This document shows, in pieces, positions 27,370 through 35,990 of a stretch of 64,000 nucleotides of DNA. Position 1 is the stretch's first letter. Each line of letters starts with the position of its first letter. Made by a program: the position numbers and the translations under genes. Source of the stretch: an uncultured Bacilli bacterium. Its GTDB lineage: Bacteria; Bacillota_I; Bacilli_A; RF39; UBA660. The stretch lies in the NCBI GenBank assembly GCA_944358415.1, contig CALVRA010000003.1, positions 17,790 to 81,789 of the forward strand. The letters are read 5' to 3'. The notes under the pieces are model-generated. The model ran no database searches. It worked only from the letters and a program-made list of their open reading frames with translations, and was not told the origin of the DNA.

Positions 27370-29427
27370 TTATATTTGATCAATTAAATTTAATAATTGT
27401 TCAACTTTTTCTACAATTTTATCTTGCTCCTCTTTTGGTGGAACAGGAACAGTCATTGGAGCAAATTCAGATATCCAATAACGTTTATGAGTAGATGCAT
27501 CATAATCAAGAGATTGTAACAAATAATAGTAAAATTTTATATTCATCTCCGGATTGCAATTTAATATTTTCATTGCAGATGATTTAACTTTAAATGGGAA
27601 ATCAACATATTTAGACGAAGTAGTAAAATCATCAAATATTATAACTGGCAATTTATTAAATATCCCAGTTTCTTCTTTAGTATATCCTAATATAAAACTC
27701 TTTCCTGCAGTTAAAACAGGTATTTTATAAGCATCACTATAATTTGTTGACTCAACAATATATTGTGTTGGTTGTTCATACACTAAAATATTTCCAAGGG
27801 TATCCTCAGTCCAATTATCTGGATTTCCATATAATTCACCATTAACAGCCAAATAATATAATTTCTTTTTCATCAATTCTACAGATGAGGCCAAATCTCT
27901 CTTCTTGTCAGACATCTTTTTTATATCATCAATTTCTTCAGTTATAGAGGCAGAGTCATTTTTTAATACCTTTTCAACACATTCAGTAATTCTATTGATT
28001 CTGTTACTTTCCTTTTGAATCATATCAAATATATCATCAATTTCTATATTTTCAATATTATTATCTTCAGTTATCCACTTAATATCTAAATTATAATTTC
28101 TATCTTTAATTTGTTGATAGGAAAATTTTCTCCATCTACCATTTGGATTTTCTTCAGACCAAGTTTCCTTTCTATCATAAATGTTCTCTGAATTATAACA
28201 TTTTATAAAATCATTTAAATCTTCATCTTTAATTGGATTCTTTTTTAATGTAAAATGACTTCCAGCTCTTAAATCATATATCCATACTTCTTTAGTTTGA
28301 ACATCTTTTGAAGCCGGTTTATTATCAAAGAATAGAACATTGGCTTTAACGCCTTGTTTATAAAATATACCTGTTGGTAATCTTAAAATTGTATGAAGAT
28401 TTGTTGTTTCTAATAGTTTTTTTCTTATTATTAATCCGCCAGATCCTTCTTCAAATAAGACATTATCAGGTAATACTACAGCGGCTTTACCATTAGATTT
28501 TAGCAATGTATGAATATGCTGTACAAAGTTAAATTGCTTATTTGAACTTGTAGTCCAAAAATCTTGTCTGTTATATACTAAATCTTCATCTTCTTGTTCA
28601 CCATCTTCATTTGTGATTGTTAATGTTGATTTTTTTCCAAATGGCGGATTAGTTAATATGTAATCAAATCTTTCTCCAGGATCTGATAATAATGCATCAT
28701 TTCTTGTAATAGGAGATTTACCGTCAACATCACTAATATTATGCATAAACAGGTTCATTAAACAAAGACGATATGTACTTTGAACTATTTCCCAACCTCT
28801 GAATGTATTATATTTTAAAAAGTTCTTATCTTTTTCTGTTAAGTCATAATTGTTTTCTATGTATTCTTTAGATAATAACAAGAACCCTCCAGATCCACAG
28901 CATGGATCGACAATGGTTTTATTTGGTTCTGGTCTAACACATTTTACCATTGCATTAATTATTGGTCTTGGAGTAAAGTATTGCCCTGCTCCACTTTTTG
29001 TATCCTCTGCAATTTTTTGTAGCAATCCTTCGTAAATGTCACCTTTAACATCTGATGACAAAGCAGTCCAAGTTTCTCCATCTATCATATTAATAATCTT
29101 AGATAACATGGCAGGAGTTGATATTTTATTGATTGCACCAGAGTATATTTCCCTTAACATACCATCCTGTTCTGATAATGACTCTAAAATCCCATTATAA
29201 TATTTGAATAATTCTGCACCTTTTTTTGATTTTAATTCATCCCAACTACAATTATCTGGTAGCTTAATTCCTTTTTCAAATGGTGGCTTATTATATTCAT
29301 CTATCATTTTTAGAAATAATAAATATGTAAGTTGTTCAAGATAATCTTGATTTGAAACACCATCATTCATTAGGACAGTTGCCATGCTCCATACTTTTTT
29401 ATTAATTGTTGAAGTTCCCTCACTCAT
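27370..29427 (-). CDS. hsdM: Type I R-M methyltransferase HsdM fused to a single-TRD (half) HsdS
   Basis: HsdM_N-like N-terminus, motif I DPCCGSGGFLL, motif IV NPPFGKK. The C-terminal ~190 aa is a coiled-coil spacer, one TRD, and the conserved HsdS helix PVPPKEEQDKIVEKVEQLL. Confidence 0.85.
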   Translation of the reverse strand: MSEGTSTINKKVWSMATVLMNDGVSNQDYLEQLTYLLFLKMIDEYNKPPFEKGIKLPDNCSWDELKSKKGAELFKYYNGILESLSEQDGMLREIYSGAINKISTPAMLSKIINMIDGETWTALSSDVKGDIYEGLLQKIAEDTKSGAGQYFTPRPIINAMVKCVRPEPNKTIVDPCCGSGGFLLLSKEYIENNYDLTEKDKNFLKYNTFRGWEIVQSTYRLCLMNLFMHNISDVDGKSPITRNDALLSDPGERFDYILTNPPFGKKSTLTITNEDGEQEDEDLVYNRQDFWTTSSNKQFNFVQHIHTLLKSNGKAAVVLPDNVLFEEGSGGLIIRKKLLETTNLHTILRLPTGIFYKQGVKANVLFFDNKPASKDVQTKEVWIYDLRAGSHFTLKKNPIKDEDLNDFIKCYNSENIYDRKETWSEENPNGRWRKFSYQQIKDRNYNLDIKWITEDNNIENIEIDDIFDMIQKESNRINRITECVEKVLKNDSASITEEIDDIKKMSDKKRDLASSVELMKKKLYYLAVNGELYGNPDNWTEDTLGNILVYEQPTQYIVESTNYSDAYKIPVLTAGKSFILGYTKEETGIFNKLPVIIFDDFTTSSKYVDFPFKVKSSAMKILNCNPEMNIKFYYYLLQSLDYDASTHKRYWISEFAPMTVPVPPKEEQDKIVEKVEQLLNLIDQI

Positions 29428-29440
29428 TTTTTAAAACCTC

Positions 29441-32224
29441 CTAAGCTAATAAAGCATAATTTAATTCAGCTAATATTTCTCTAAATTTTGCACCAAACAA
29501 TTGGAAAAATTTAGCCAATCCACCCTTGTTATTAAAAGGTGTTAATTCTAAATCGCTTTCTTTTATATTCATTGAAATAGCAATATGATCTTTAATCATT
29601 CTTAACCATTCCATTTGTTCTTCACTGAATTCTCCATATCCTTCGTTTTGTTTAAAGCACCACTCTTTAAATTTAATATTAACAATTGTATTAAATGATT
29701 TTAATTCAGTTGTTTGCTTTAATTCAAATTTAATTAAAGATATGATATCAGCGAGTTTGTCTTCTACTCTTGTAGATACTTTATCACCATAAATAGTTGA
29801 ATAAGCTTCCCATAATTTAGTATTTGATAAAAAATATGGAGCACTCATCATTTTTTCATATAATTCTTCAACCATTTTATAAGTTAACGGTCTATTTTTA
29901 TAACTTTGATTATAAATAATATTTAATGCATCTATTGAATCTTTATTTTCTTCAATAAATTCTGCAAATGTTTTAATTATTTCTTTGGCTTTTTCTTCTT
30001 TATTTGTATCCCAGCCAGAAAACTCAATTGAATCTATATTTTCATTATCAATAATTTGATAATGCTTATCTCTAGCCTCAAGAATAAATTTTCTAACTTC
30101 TGGATTATATATTGGTTTAATAGCTAAATCAATAATCTCTTGTTTTGTTGATTCATATTTACTATTTTCATCTGAAGATTCAATTTTTGAATTAATATAA
30201 TCATCATCAAATGCATTTAAAATATTCTTCGCAACATCTATTATTGCTACACCGTCAGTCATTTTTTTAAACTCTTCTTTATCTTCTGTTTTAAGCACTT
30301 TATCCAAATTAATAAATCTATTTGCTATTGATGTCAATGTATCTTCATCTTTTGCACCAAATGCAACACTATTTAATAAGTTTTTAAGTGATTCACTTGG
30401 CTTTCTTTCTAATTGTCTAGAAGTTGTTTTTTGTGATGATGTAACACCTACAGCATCTACAACTATAAATCCTAATTTTCTTTCTGTTGCTGATGGTGAT
30501 ACTTTTTTTAAATTATCTAGATCTAAAGTTCTTGTAGCTCTACCTAGCATTTGTTCAAAATAATTCTTGCTTCTTACATCTCTCATGAAAATTAAACATT
30601 CAATAGGTTTAACATCTGTTCCTGTAGCAATCATATCTACTGTAACAGCAATTCTTGGATAATAATCATTTCTAAATGCACTTAAAATTGATTTTGGATC
30701 TTCATCAGAGCCATAAGTAATTTTTTTACAAAATTCATTACTTTCACCGAATTCTTCTCTTATAATATCTACGATATCATTAGCGTGACTATCTGTTTTA
30801 GCAAATACTAATGTTTTAGGAACTTCTTTTCTTCCTGGAAACATTTCTGTTAATACCTTTGACTTAAATTCTTTAATAACATTTCTAATTTGTGATGGAT
30901 TAACGATATCATTATCAAGTTGACTTGCTGAATAAACAACATCTTCATCTAATTGAGACCATCTTTTTTCTTTAGATAATCTTTCTCTTGTTTCAACAAC
31001 TTGTTTTAATATACAAGCACCGTGCTTTGTGATATTTGTTTCTATTAAATATGTTCCTTGTCTTCCAACATTAACATCATCTAAAACTGCCTGCTCATGT
31101 GAATACTCTGATACGACATTTTCATTAAAGAAAGCAAATGTCCTTTGATCTGGAGTAGCTGTTAATCCAACTAAAAATGCATCAAAATAGTCTAATACTT
31201 GTTGCCATACATTATATATTGATCTATGACATTCATCGATAATTACAACATCAAAGAAATCTATTGGATATTTTTTGTTATAAGATACTTCTTTTGGCCT
31301 TTCATTTTTAAATGACTTTTCTGATAATGATGATTCTTCATCTCTTTCATCCAATTCAAATCCTCTAAGAATTGAATACATTCTTTGAATTGTACTAATA
31401 CATACATGGGTGTCATTTGGAATATATGATGAATTAAGTCTTTTAACATTGTATAATTCTCCAAATAATCTACTATCATCATTTGGTCTATATTTTCTAA
31501 ATTCTTCTTCAGCTTGTTCACCTAAATTTTTAGTATCAACTAAGAAAAGAATTCTTTTTGCTTTTGCATATTTTAACAATCTATATACGGAAGTTATAGC
31601 AGTAAATGTTTTACCAGCACCTGTTGCCATTTGAATCAAAGCTCTAGGTTTATTTTCAGAGAATGATTTTTCCAAATTAACAATAGCATTAACTTGACAA
31701 TCTCTAAATCCATTTGCATCAAGTTCTGGAAATTGTTTCATTCTATTTCTTAAAGTATCATTATCTTTTAGTAATTGTTCTAATTCTTCTGGTGTATGAA
31801 ACATAAATATTTCTCTTGATCTTGCCTTTTCATCTTTGTAGTCACAAAATCTAATTATAATGTTTGTACATTCATAAGCAAATCTGATTTCAGGTTGCTC
31901 TTTTAATCCTCTTAATCCACTTTTAATATATCTTAAGGATTGTTCTGCCACTACACCTAGCGTTGTTCCTCTTTCTTCTTTTTTTGCCTCAATAACACCA
32001 ACTGGTCTACCTGCTATAAATATTAAATAATCTACAGGTCCACTATAGGTTTGTGCCTCTCTTAAAATAACACCTAAAGATGCTGTAGGATTAAACGAAT
32101 CAATATTTTGAATTACAAAACCTGCTTCTCTTAATTTTTTATCAATATCTATTCTTGCTTTGGCTTCGGGATTTAAATTTAAATCTTCTAATTCCATACT
32201 ACTACCTCTTACTTCCCATTTCAT
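29441..32224 (-). CDS. hsdR: Type I restriction enzyme R subunit (HsdR) with EcoEI-R-like C-terminal domain
   Basis: SF2 motifs MATGAGKTFTA, IIDECHRS, GLTATP, QMLGRATR. N-terminal nuclease-like region. C-terminus FSEEQMEWLRMIKDHI...GGLAKFFQLFG. Confidence 0.9.
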   Translation of the reverse strand: MKWEVRGSSMELEDLNLNPEAKARIDIDKKLREAGFVIQNIDSFNPTASLGVILREAQTYSGPVDYLIFIAGRPVGVIEAKKEERGTTLGVVAEQSLRYIKSGLRGLKEQPEIRFAYECTNIIIRFCDYKDEKARSREIFMFHTPEELEQLLKDNDTLRNRMKQFPELDANGFRDCQVNAIVNLEKSFSENKPRALIQMATGAGKTFTAITSVYRLLKYAKAKRILFLVDTKNLGEQAEEEFRKYRPNDDSRLFGELYNVKRLNSSYIPNDTHVCISTIQRMYSILRGFELDERDEESSLSEKSFKNERPKEVSYNKKYPIDFFDVVIIDECHRSIYNVWQQVLDYFDAFLVGLTATPDQRTFAFFNENVVSEYSHEQAVLDDVNVGRQGTYLIETNITKHGACILKQVVETRERLSKEKRWSQLDEDVVYSASQLDNDIVNPSQIRNVIKEFKSKVLTEMFPGRKEVPKTLVFAKTDSHANDIVDIIREEFGESNEFCKKITYGSDEDPKSILSAFRNDYYPRIAVTVDMIATGTDVKPIECLIFMRDVRSKNYFEQMLGRATRTLDLDNLKKVSPSATERKLGFIVVDAVGVTSSQKTTSRQLERKPSESLKNLLNSVAFGAKDEDTLTSIANRFINLDKVLKTEDKEEFKKMTDGVAIIDVAKNILNAFDDDYINSKIESSDENSKYESTKQEIIDLAIKPIYNPEVRKFILEARDKHYQIIDNENIDSIEFSGWDTNKEEKAKEIIKTFAEFIEENKDSIDALNIIYNQSYKNRPLTYKMVEELYEKMMSAPYFLSNTKLWEAYSTIYGDKVSTRVEDKLADIISLIKFELKQTTELKSFNTIVNIKFKEWCFKQNEGYGEFSEEQMEWLRMIKDHIAISMNIKESDLELTPFNNKGGLAKFFQLFGAKFREILAELNYALLA

Positions 32225-32250
32225 CTCACATATTCAATAATAATTATAAC

Positions 32251-32312
32251 ATACAATTCGACAAATTTTGATATTTTACGACCAATTCGTACCAGAAATT
32301 ACCGAATTGTAT
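32251..32312. promoter_or_regulatory. inverted repeat ATACAATTCG / CGAATTGTAT over the hsdR promoter region
   Basis: 10-bp perfect inverted repeat (32251-32260 and 32303-32312) with a related CCAATTCGTA between. The left arm (32251-32260) abuts a minus-strand TGTTATAAT extended -10. ACCGAATTGTAT recurs at 24144-24155. Confidence 0.45.
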
Positions 32313-32341
32313 GAATAATCTTGACTATTTTTCAATTTTAA

Positions 32342-32698
32342 GTGATTAATACAAGGAATTGGAGGAATTGTATGATTAGAAAATGTACTGATGAGGATAT
32401 TTCTGATGAAGAATTAGAAAAAGTTATAAATCCTTTTTATGATAATTATCATGAGTATATTATTACTTATGTTATGCCTGAAGTAATTGCATTTTATATA
32501 GCTAGTTCTTATAGTAGGAATGCTATGTGGGAGGCTACGTTTTATCAGCATTATAATTCAGCTAAGGATATATTTAATGTTAGTGATGATGAAGATTATG
32601 AGAAGGTTAAGGCTGAAGTAATTAAACTATTAAGAATGAAGTATTCTTTAGAAATTATTAGTGAAAATCCATTAGATTTTAAAAAAATTGAGTATTAG
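32342..32698 (+). CDS. hypothetical acidic protein
   Basis: The likely start is ATG 32372 (GGAGG upstream). Divergent from hsdR. No family recognised. Confidence 0.5.
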   Translation: MINTRNWRNCMIRKCTDEDISDEELEKVINPFYDNYHEYIITYVMPEVIAFYIASSYSRNAMWEATFYQHYNSAKDIFNVSDDEDYEKVKAEVIKLLRMKYSLEIISENPLDFKKIEY

Positions 32699-32788
32699 TT
32701 TTTGTTCTAATACTCTTTTTGTTTTCCAAAAAACTCACGGAAAATTTATTTTTGTGTGAATGTATGTGGGCTGTGGGTGTGGAAAAAA

Positions 32789-33160
32789 TTATATTTTTGG
32801 ATTACCTACCCTCCGGGGGACCTCTAATAATTCATATAATTCTTCTTTTGTTATTATTCCTTTTTCTGCTTGTTCATGATGCATTCTACATAGTGTAATT
32901 AAATTATCACTATCAAGTCTTTTATTATAATCTTTTGCTATTGGTATGATGTGATGTACTTGTAGATTATCATAAGTATATACATTATCTTTTAAACATA
33001 ACTGACATAAATACTTATCTCTTTTCTTTATTTGATTTCTTTTCTTAATCCAAGCATTAGTATTTCTAAACTTACTTTCTATAGTATTCTTCTTATATGA
33101 CCTTTTACACATTTTATCTTCTGGATGTATCCTACCACATACTGAACATGATCTATACAT
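32789..33160 (-). CDS. HNH endonuclease (phage-type)
   Basis: CxxC...C zinc ligands plus HHIIP...N..TLCRMHH, the HNH core. Confidence 0.85.
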   Translation of the reverse strand: MYRSCSVCGRIHPEDKMCKRSYKKNTIESKFRNTNAWIKKRNQIKKRDKYLCQLCLKDNVYTYDNLQVHHIIPIAKDYNKRLDSDNLITLCRMHHEQAEKGIITKEELYELLEVPRRVGNPKI

Positions 33161-33588
33161 TATTCTAAATATTTCTTGTCATTACCTTTTAATTTATTAG
33201 ATGATTTATTAATATACTTTTGCATATCTTCTAATAAAAATCCTGGTATGATTCCTCTTTCTATCCATCTAATTGATTTATCATAGTTTCTTTCTTCTTG
33301 TTCTGGTGATAATGGTACTATTCCTAATTTGAAGTATCCATCTTTTTTCATTTGTTCTAAAATAGATAAATAATAATTATTCTTAACTACTTTAGTTTTA
33401 TCTAAGATATCATGTATAGTTGGCATATAAGTTCTTTCTTTACAAAGTTCTATAATTGCTTTTTTAAATACTTCTGGTTCTATGTCTTGTAACATTTCAT
33501 ACCATATTGAAATATCATCATTACTAATTACTTTTTGATAACAAGATGATAGTATTTTGATTCCTTCTACAAAATCTATTTTATCCAT
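33160..33588 (-). CDS. putative replicative-helicase loader (SPP1 G39P-like)
   Basis: ISIWYEMLQDIEPEVFKKAIIELCKERTYMPTIHDIL resembles the G39P-family N-terminal motif. It lies immediately downstream of the replisome organizer. Confidence 0.45.
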   Translation of the reverse strand: MDKIDFVEGIKILSSCYQKVISNDDISIWYEMLQDIEPEVFKKAIIELCKERTYMPTIHDILDKTKVVKNNYYLSILEQMKKDGYFKLGIVPLSPEQEERNYDKSIRWIERGIIPGFLLEDMQKYINKSSNKLKGNDKKYLE

Positions 33589-34402
33589 TTTGTCTATCTC
33601 TCATTTCCTTAGCTCTTATAATTTCTTCTAAAGATATATCTTGAATAGTTTTAGCTTTAGCTTGTTGATGTAAGTATCTTTCAAATTTAGGGCCAAATAA
33701 AGTTTCTGGTGTAAGATATGGTTTCATTTTAGGATTATTAATCCACTCGCTTGTTTTCTTATCTATAACTATTTTAATATCATTAATTGTATATTTTTTT
33801 AATATATTAGCTATTAATTTCTTATACTCATCTATTAATATAAAATTAGAATTAGTTTTATAGTTTAAATAGTCTATTATGTCTTGATACTCTTTTTTAT
33901 TTATTTCTATTTCTTTTTTATTAGTTATAATTTCTAAATTATGTTTATTAGTTTTATTATCTATATATACCTTACTATTTGGCTTACATTTTTTCTTACA
34001 TTTTGACTTACTTTTGTCAGGATTCTTAATTCTATATTCTCTCATATTCATAGCACCAACTGTTGTTTGATTAGTAAGTACTAATGCATCCTCTATATAA
34101 TATTTATCATCTCTTTTTTCCATCATTCCTGTATCTAAAAAATAATCAATAGCATCATTTATTAGTTTTTCTGAATGATTAGTTTCTACTGCTAATTCTT
34201 TTATAGAATATGGAATTCTTTTAGATCCTACTTTTTTTATTAAATAACCATCTTTATTTATTGTCTTAAATATTAGTTTAAAATATAGAATTATTTTCTC
34301 ATATCCATTAGGTTGATTTTGCAAATATTTTAATACATCATTATCAAAAAAATTTGATTTAAGCATAAAGTAATAATATTTTTCTTTATTATAAGTTCCC
34401 AT
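33581..34402 (-). CDS. phage replisome organizer (Phage_rep_org_N plus conserved phage C-terminal domain)
   Basis: YYYFMLKSNFFDNDVLKYLQNQPNGYEKIILYFKLIF N-terminus. C-terminal YLNYKTNSNF...TLFGPKFERYL. Confidence 0.8.
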   Translation of the reverse strand: MGTYNKEKYYYFMLKSNFFDNDVLKYLQNQPNGYEKIILYFKLIFKTINKDGYLIKKVGSKRIPYSIKELAVETNHSEKLINDAIDYFLDTGMMEKRDDKYYIEDALVLTNQTTVGAMNMREYRIKNPDKSKSKCKKKCKPNSKVYIDNKTNKHNLEIITNKKEIEINKKEYQDIIDYLNYKTNSNFILIDEYKKLIANILKKYTINDIKIVIDKKTSEWINNPKMKPYLTPETLFGPKFERYLHQQAKAKTIQDISLEEIIRAKEMRDRQNG

Positions 34403-34661
34403 GCTTAGAATTATTAATTGATACTAAAAAATCTATATTGATCTTAAAATAATCAATTACTTTCTCCATTGGTACTAAATTATTAGGTAGTTTAAATCCA
34501 CTTGATATAATTTCTTCTGATATTTTATTTTTAATATCTCTTGCTTTATTTCTTCCCACAGCACCTATTTTCATTATATCTTGTACAGTAGCCCACTGAC
34601 TATTTAGTATTTCTAGCATTTCATCTGCCGATAATATTGTTTTACTTTTCATTTTTTTCAA
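34389..34661 (-). CDS. small HTH protein, putative excisionase/regulator (paralog at 50249-50476)
   Basis: ~40% identical by eye to the island B protein (..SQWATVQDIMKIG..LPNNLVPMEKVIDYFKINIDFL vs ..KQWCNLDDLMKLS..LPKGLLPMCEVVAYLKINIDYL). Its position equals xis in satellite layouts. Confidence 0.5.
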   Translation of the reverse strand: MKKMKSKTILSADEMLEILNSQWATVQDIMKIGAVGRNKARDIKNKISEEIISSGFKLPNNLVPMEKVIDYFKINIDFLVSINNSKHGNL

Positions 34662-34680
34662 TCTCCTTTTTATTATTTCA

Positions 34681-34706
34681 TTAAAGTTTACCAGACTCTT
34701 TAATTA
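34681..34706. promoter_or_regulatory. 26-bp element upstream of the xis-like gene (inverted copy at 35880-35905)
   Basis: TTAAAGTTTACCAGACTCTTTAATTA is the reverse complement (25/26) of 35880-35905. Each copy has the same orientation relative to its downstream gene. Confidence 0.55.
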
Positions 34707-34721
34707 CGATATTTTCGTAAT
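34703..34721. promoter_or_regulatory. palindromic operator candidate ATTACGA-N5-TCGTAAT
   Basis: Perfect 7-bp arms. Related half-sites TTACGAAA / TTTCGTAA occur in the cro-cI intergenic region (about 35110-35155). Confidence 0.45.
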
Positions 34722-34765
34722 ACAAAATTATAAAAAAATATATCGGTACTGCATGATATAAAATT

Positions 34766-35050
34766 CTATTTACTACATACTTCATTTACTTCTTTACTAC
34801 TACATCTAACAATTGGATCGTGTGAAAACTTATAATGCATTTTGATTTCTTCTTTTCTATTAGATACCAATAGATTATTAACCGAAGGTATATTATACGC
34901 TTCCATTATCCTATCAACTAATGGCCATGAAGGAACTGTTCTATGTTTTTCAATGGCTATTAATCTATTCCTTGGTATTCCAATTTTCTTAGCTGCTTCA
35001 TCAATGCTCATACCTAAGTGCACACGAATTGCTCTTAACGTAGCCTGCAC
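34766..35050 (-). CDS. Cro-like XRE-family HTH regulator
   Basis: HTH LGMSIDEAAKKIGIPRNRLIAIEKHR. Divergent from the cI-like repressor. Confidence 0.75.
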   Translation of the reverse strand: MQATLRAIRVHLGMSIDEAAKKIGIPRNRLIAIEKHRTVPSWPLVDRIMEAYNIPSVNNLLVSNRKEEIKMHYKFSHDPIVRCSSKEVNEVCSK

Positions 35051-35183
35051 TTATTTTAACCTCCTTCCTATTTTAATAATATTACAAAAAAATTTAAATG
35101 TAAATAGAAATTACGAAATTTTCATAATTTTACTTGAATGTTTTCGTAAAGTAAGCTATACTTATATTAGAGGAGGTAACAAT

Positions 35184-35837
35184 ATGGATAGCAGAGATGT
35201 TTTTATACATAACCTTAATACGATCATGAAAGAACGCAAGGTTTCTAGAAAAGAACTTGCTAAAGGGTTAAACGTTCCTTACACTACTCTAACAGATTGG
35301 TGTACTGGAAGAATATTTCCAAGAGTAGAAAAAATAAATATGATTGCTGATTACTTCGGTATCAAGAAGTCTGATCTACTTGAGGAAATGATTGAAACCG
35401 AAGATGATTCTTTAGATGATGATACTGTTATTGTTGATGTTTTTTCTAAAATATATTTTGGAGATATAACGTCTGATAAAACTGATGCATTTAAAGTGGG
35501 TGAAGAATTAATACCTCCAGAATGGATAAAAAATAAACACAGTTATTTTGGATTAATTATGCCAGATAATACTATGGATCCTGAGTTTCATCAAAACGAT
35601 TGTATAATTCTTAGAGAACAAAATAAAATGACTAAAGATGGATTCTATTGTGTTATGGAAAAAGGACAAGATATAGCAACTATTAGAAAACTTATTACTA
35701 TTAATGACGGAATAATGGTTATGCCTTTAAATCTTAGTGGCGACTTTAAACCTACTACATATTTAAAAGGCACTGTTGAATTTGAGAACTTTAAAATTAT
35801 TGGTTCTGTAGTTCAAGTTAAAAGATATTATGATTAA
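35184..35837 (+). CDS. CI-like repressor (XRE HTH plus S24 LexA-like C-terminal domain)
   Basis: AGGAGG SD then ATG 35184 (MDSRDVFIHNLNTIMKERKVSRKELAKGLNVPYTTLTDW). The C-terminus is S24-like, but the usual G-D-S-M nucleophile motif reads D-N-T-M. The track ORF 34842-35837 has a spurious 5' extension. Confidence 0.8.
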   Translation: MDSRDVFIHNLNTIMKERKVSRKELAKGLNVPYTTLTDWCTGRIFPRVEKINMIADYFGIKKSDLLEEMIETEDDSLDDDTVIVDVFSKIYFGDITSDKTDAFKVGEELIPPEWIKNKHSYFGLIMPDNTMDPEFHQNDCIILREQNKMTKDGFYCVMEKGQDIATIRKLITINDGIMVMPLNLSGDFKPTTYLKGTVEFENFKIIGSVVQVKRYYD

Positions 35838-35879
35838 AAAAAGACCACTGCTGGAACAGTGATCAAAGTGAAAAATCCC

Positions 35880-35905
35880 TAATTAAAAAGTCTGGTAAAC
35901 TTTAA
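35880..35905. promoter_or_regulatory. 26-bp element upstream of int (inverted copy of 34681-34706)
   Basis: TAATTAAAAAGTCTGGTAAACTTTAA. It is enclosed by a 12-bp inverted repeat, AAATCCCTAATT (35873-35884) and AATTAGGGATTT (35957-35968). Confidence 0.55.
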
Positions 35906-35990
35906 TAATTATAATAAATATAATTTTGGAGATCTCTCGTATTTAATTATATCACCAATTAGGGATTTCTACAAGAAAGTTGGTGAAATA

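Noticed and set aside
31261-31521. Same-strand internal ORFs in hsdR (31261-31521) and hsdM (47598-47804)
   Set aside because: They are alternative frames wholly inside conserved helicase or methyltransferase domains. There is no SD and no recognisable product.
34842-35183. 5' extension of the CI-like repressor ORF (the track ORF starts at 34842)
   Set aside because: The extension is antisense to the well-supported cro-like gene and runs through the intergenic operator region. It is hydrophobic nonsense. A canonical AGGAGG SD plus ATG at 35184 starts the HTH domain.
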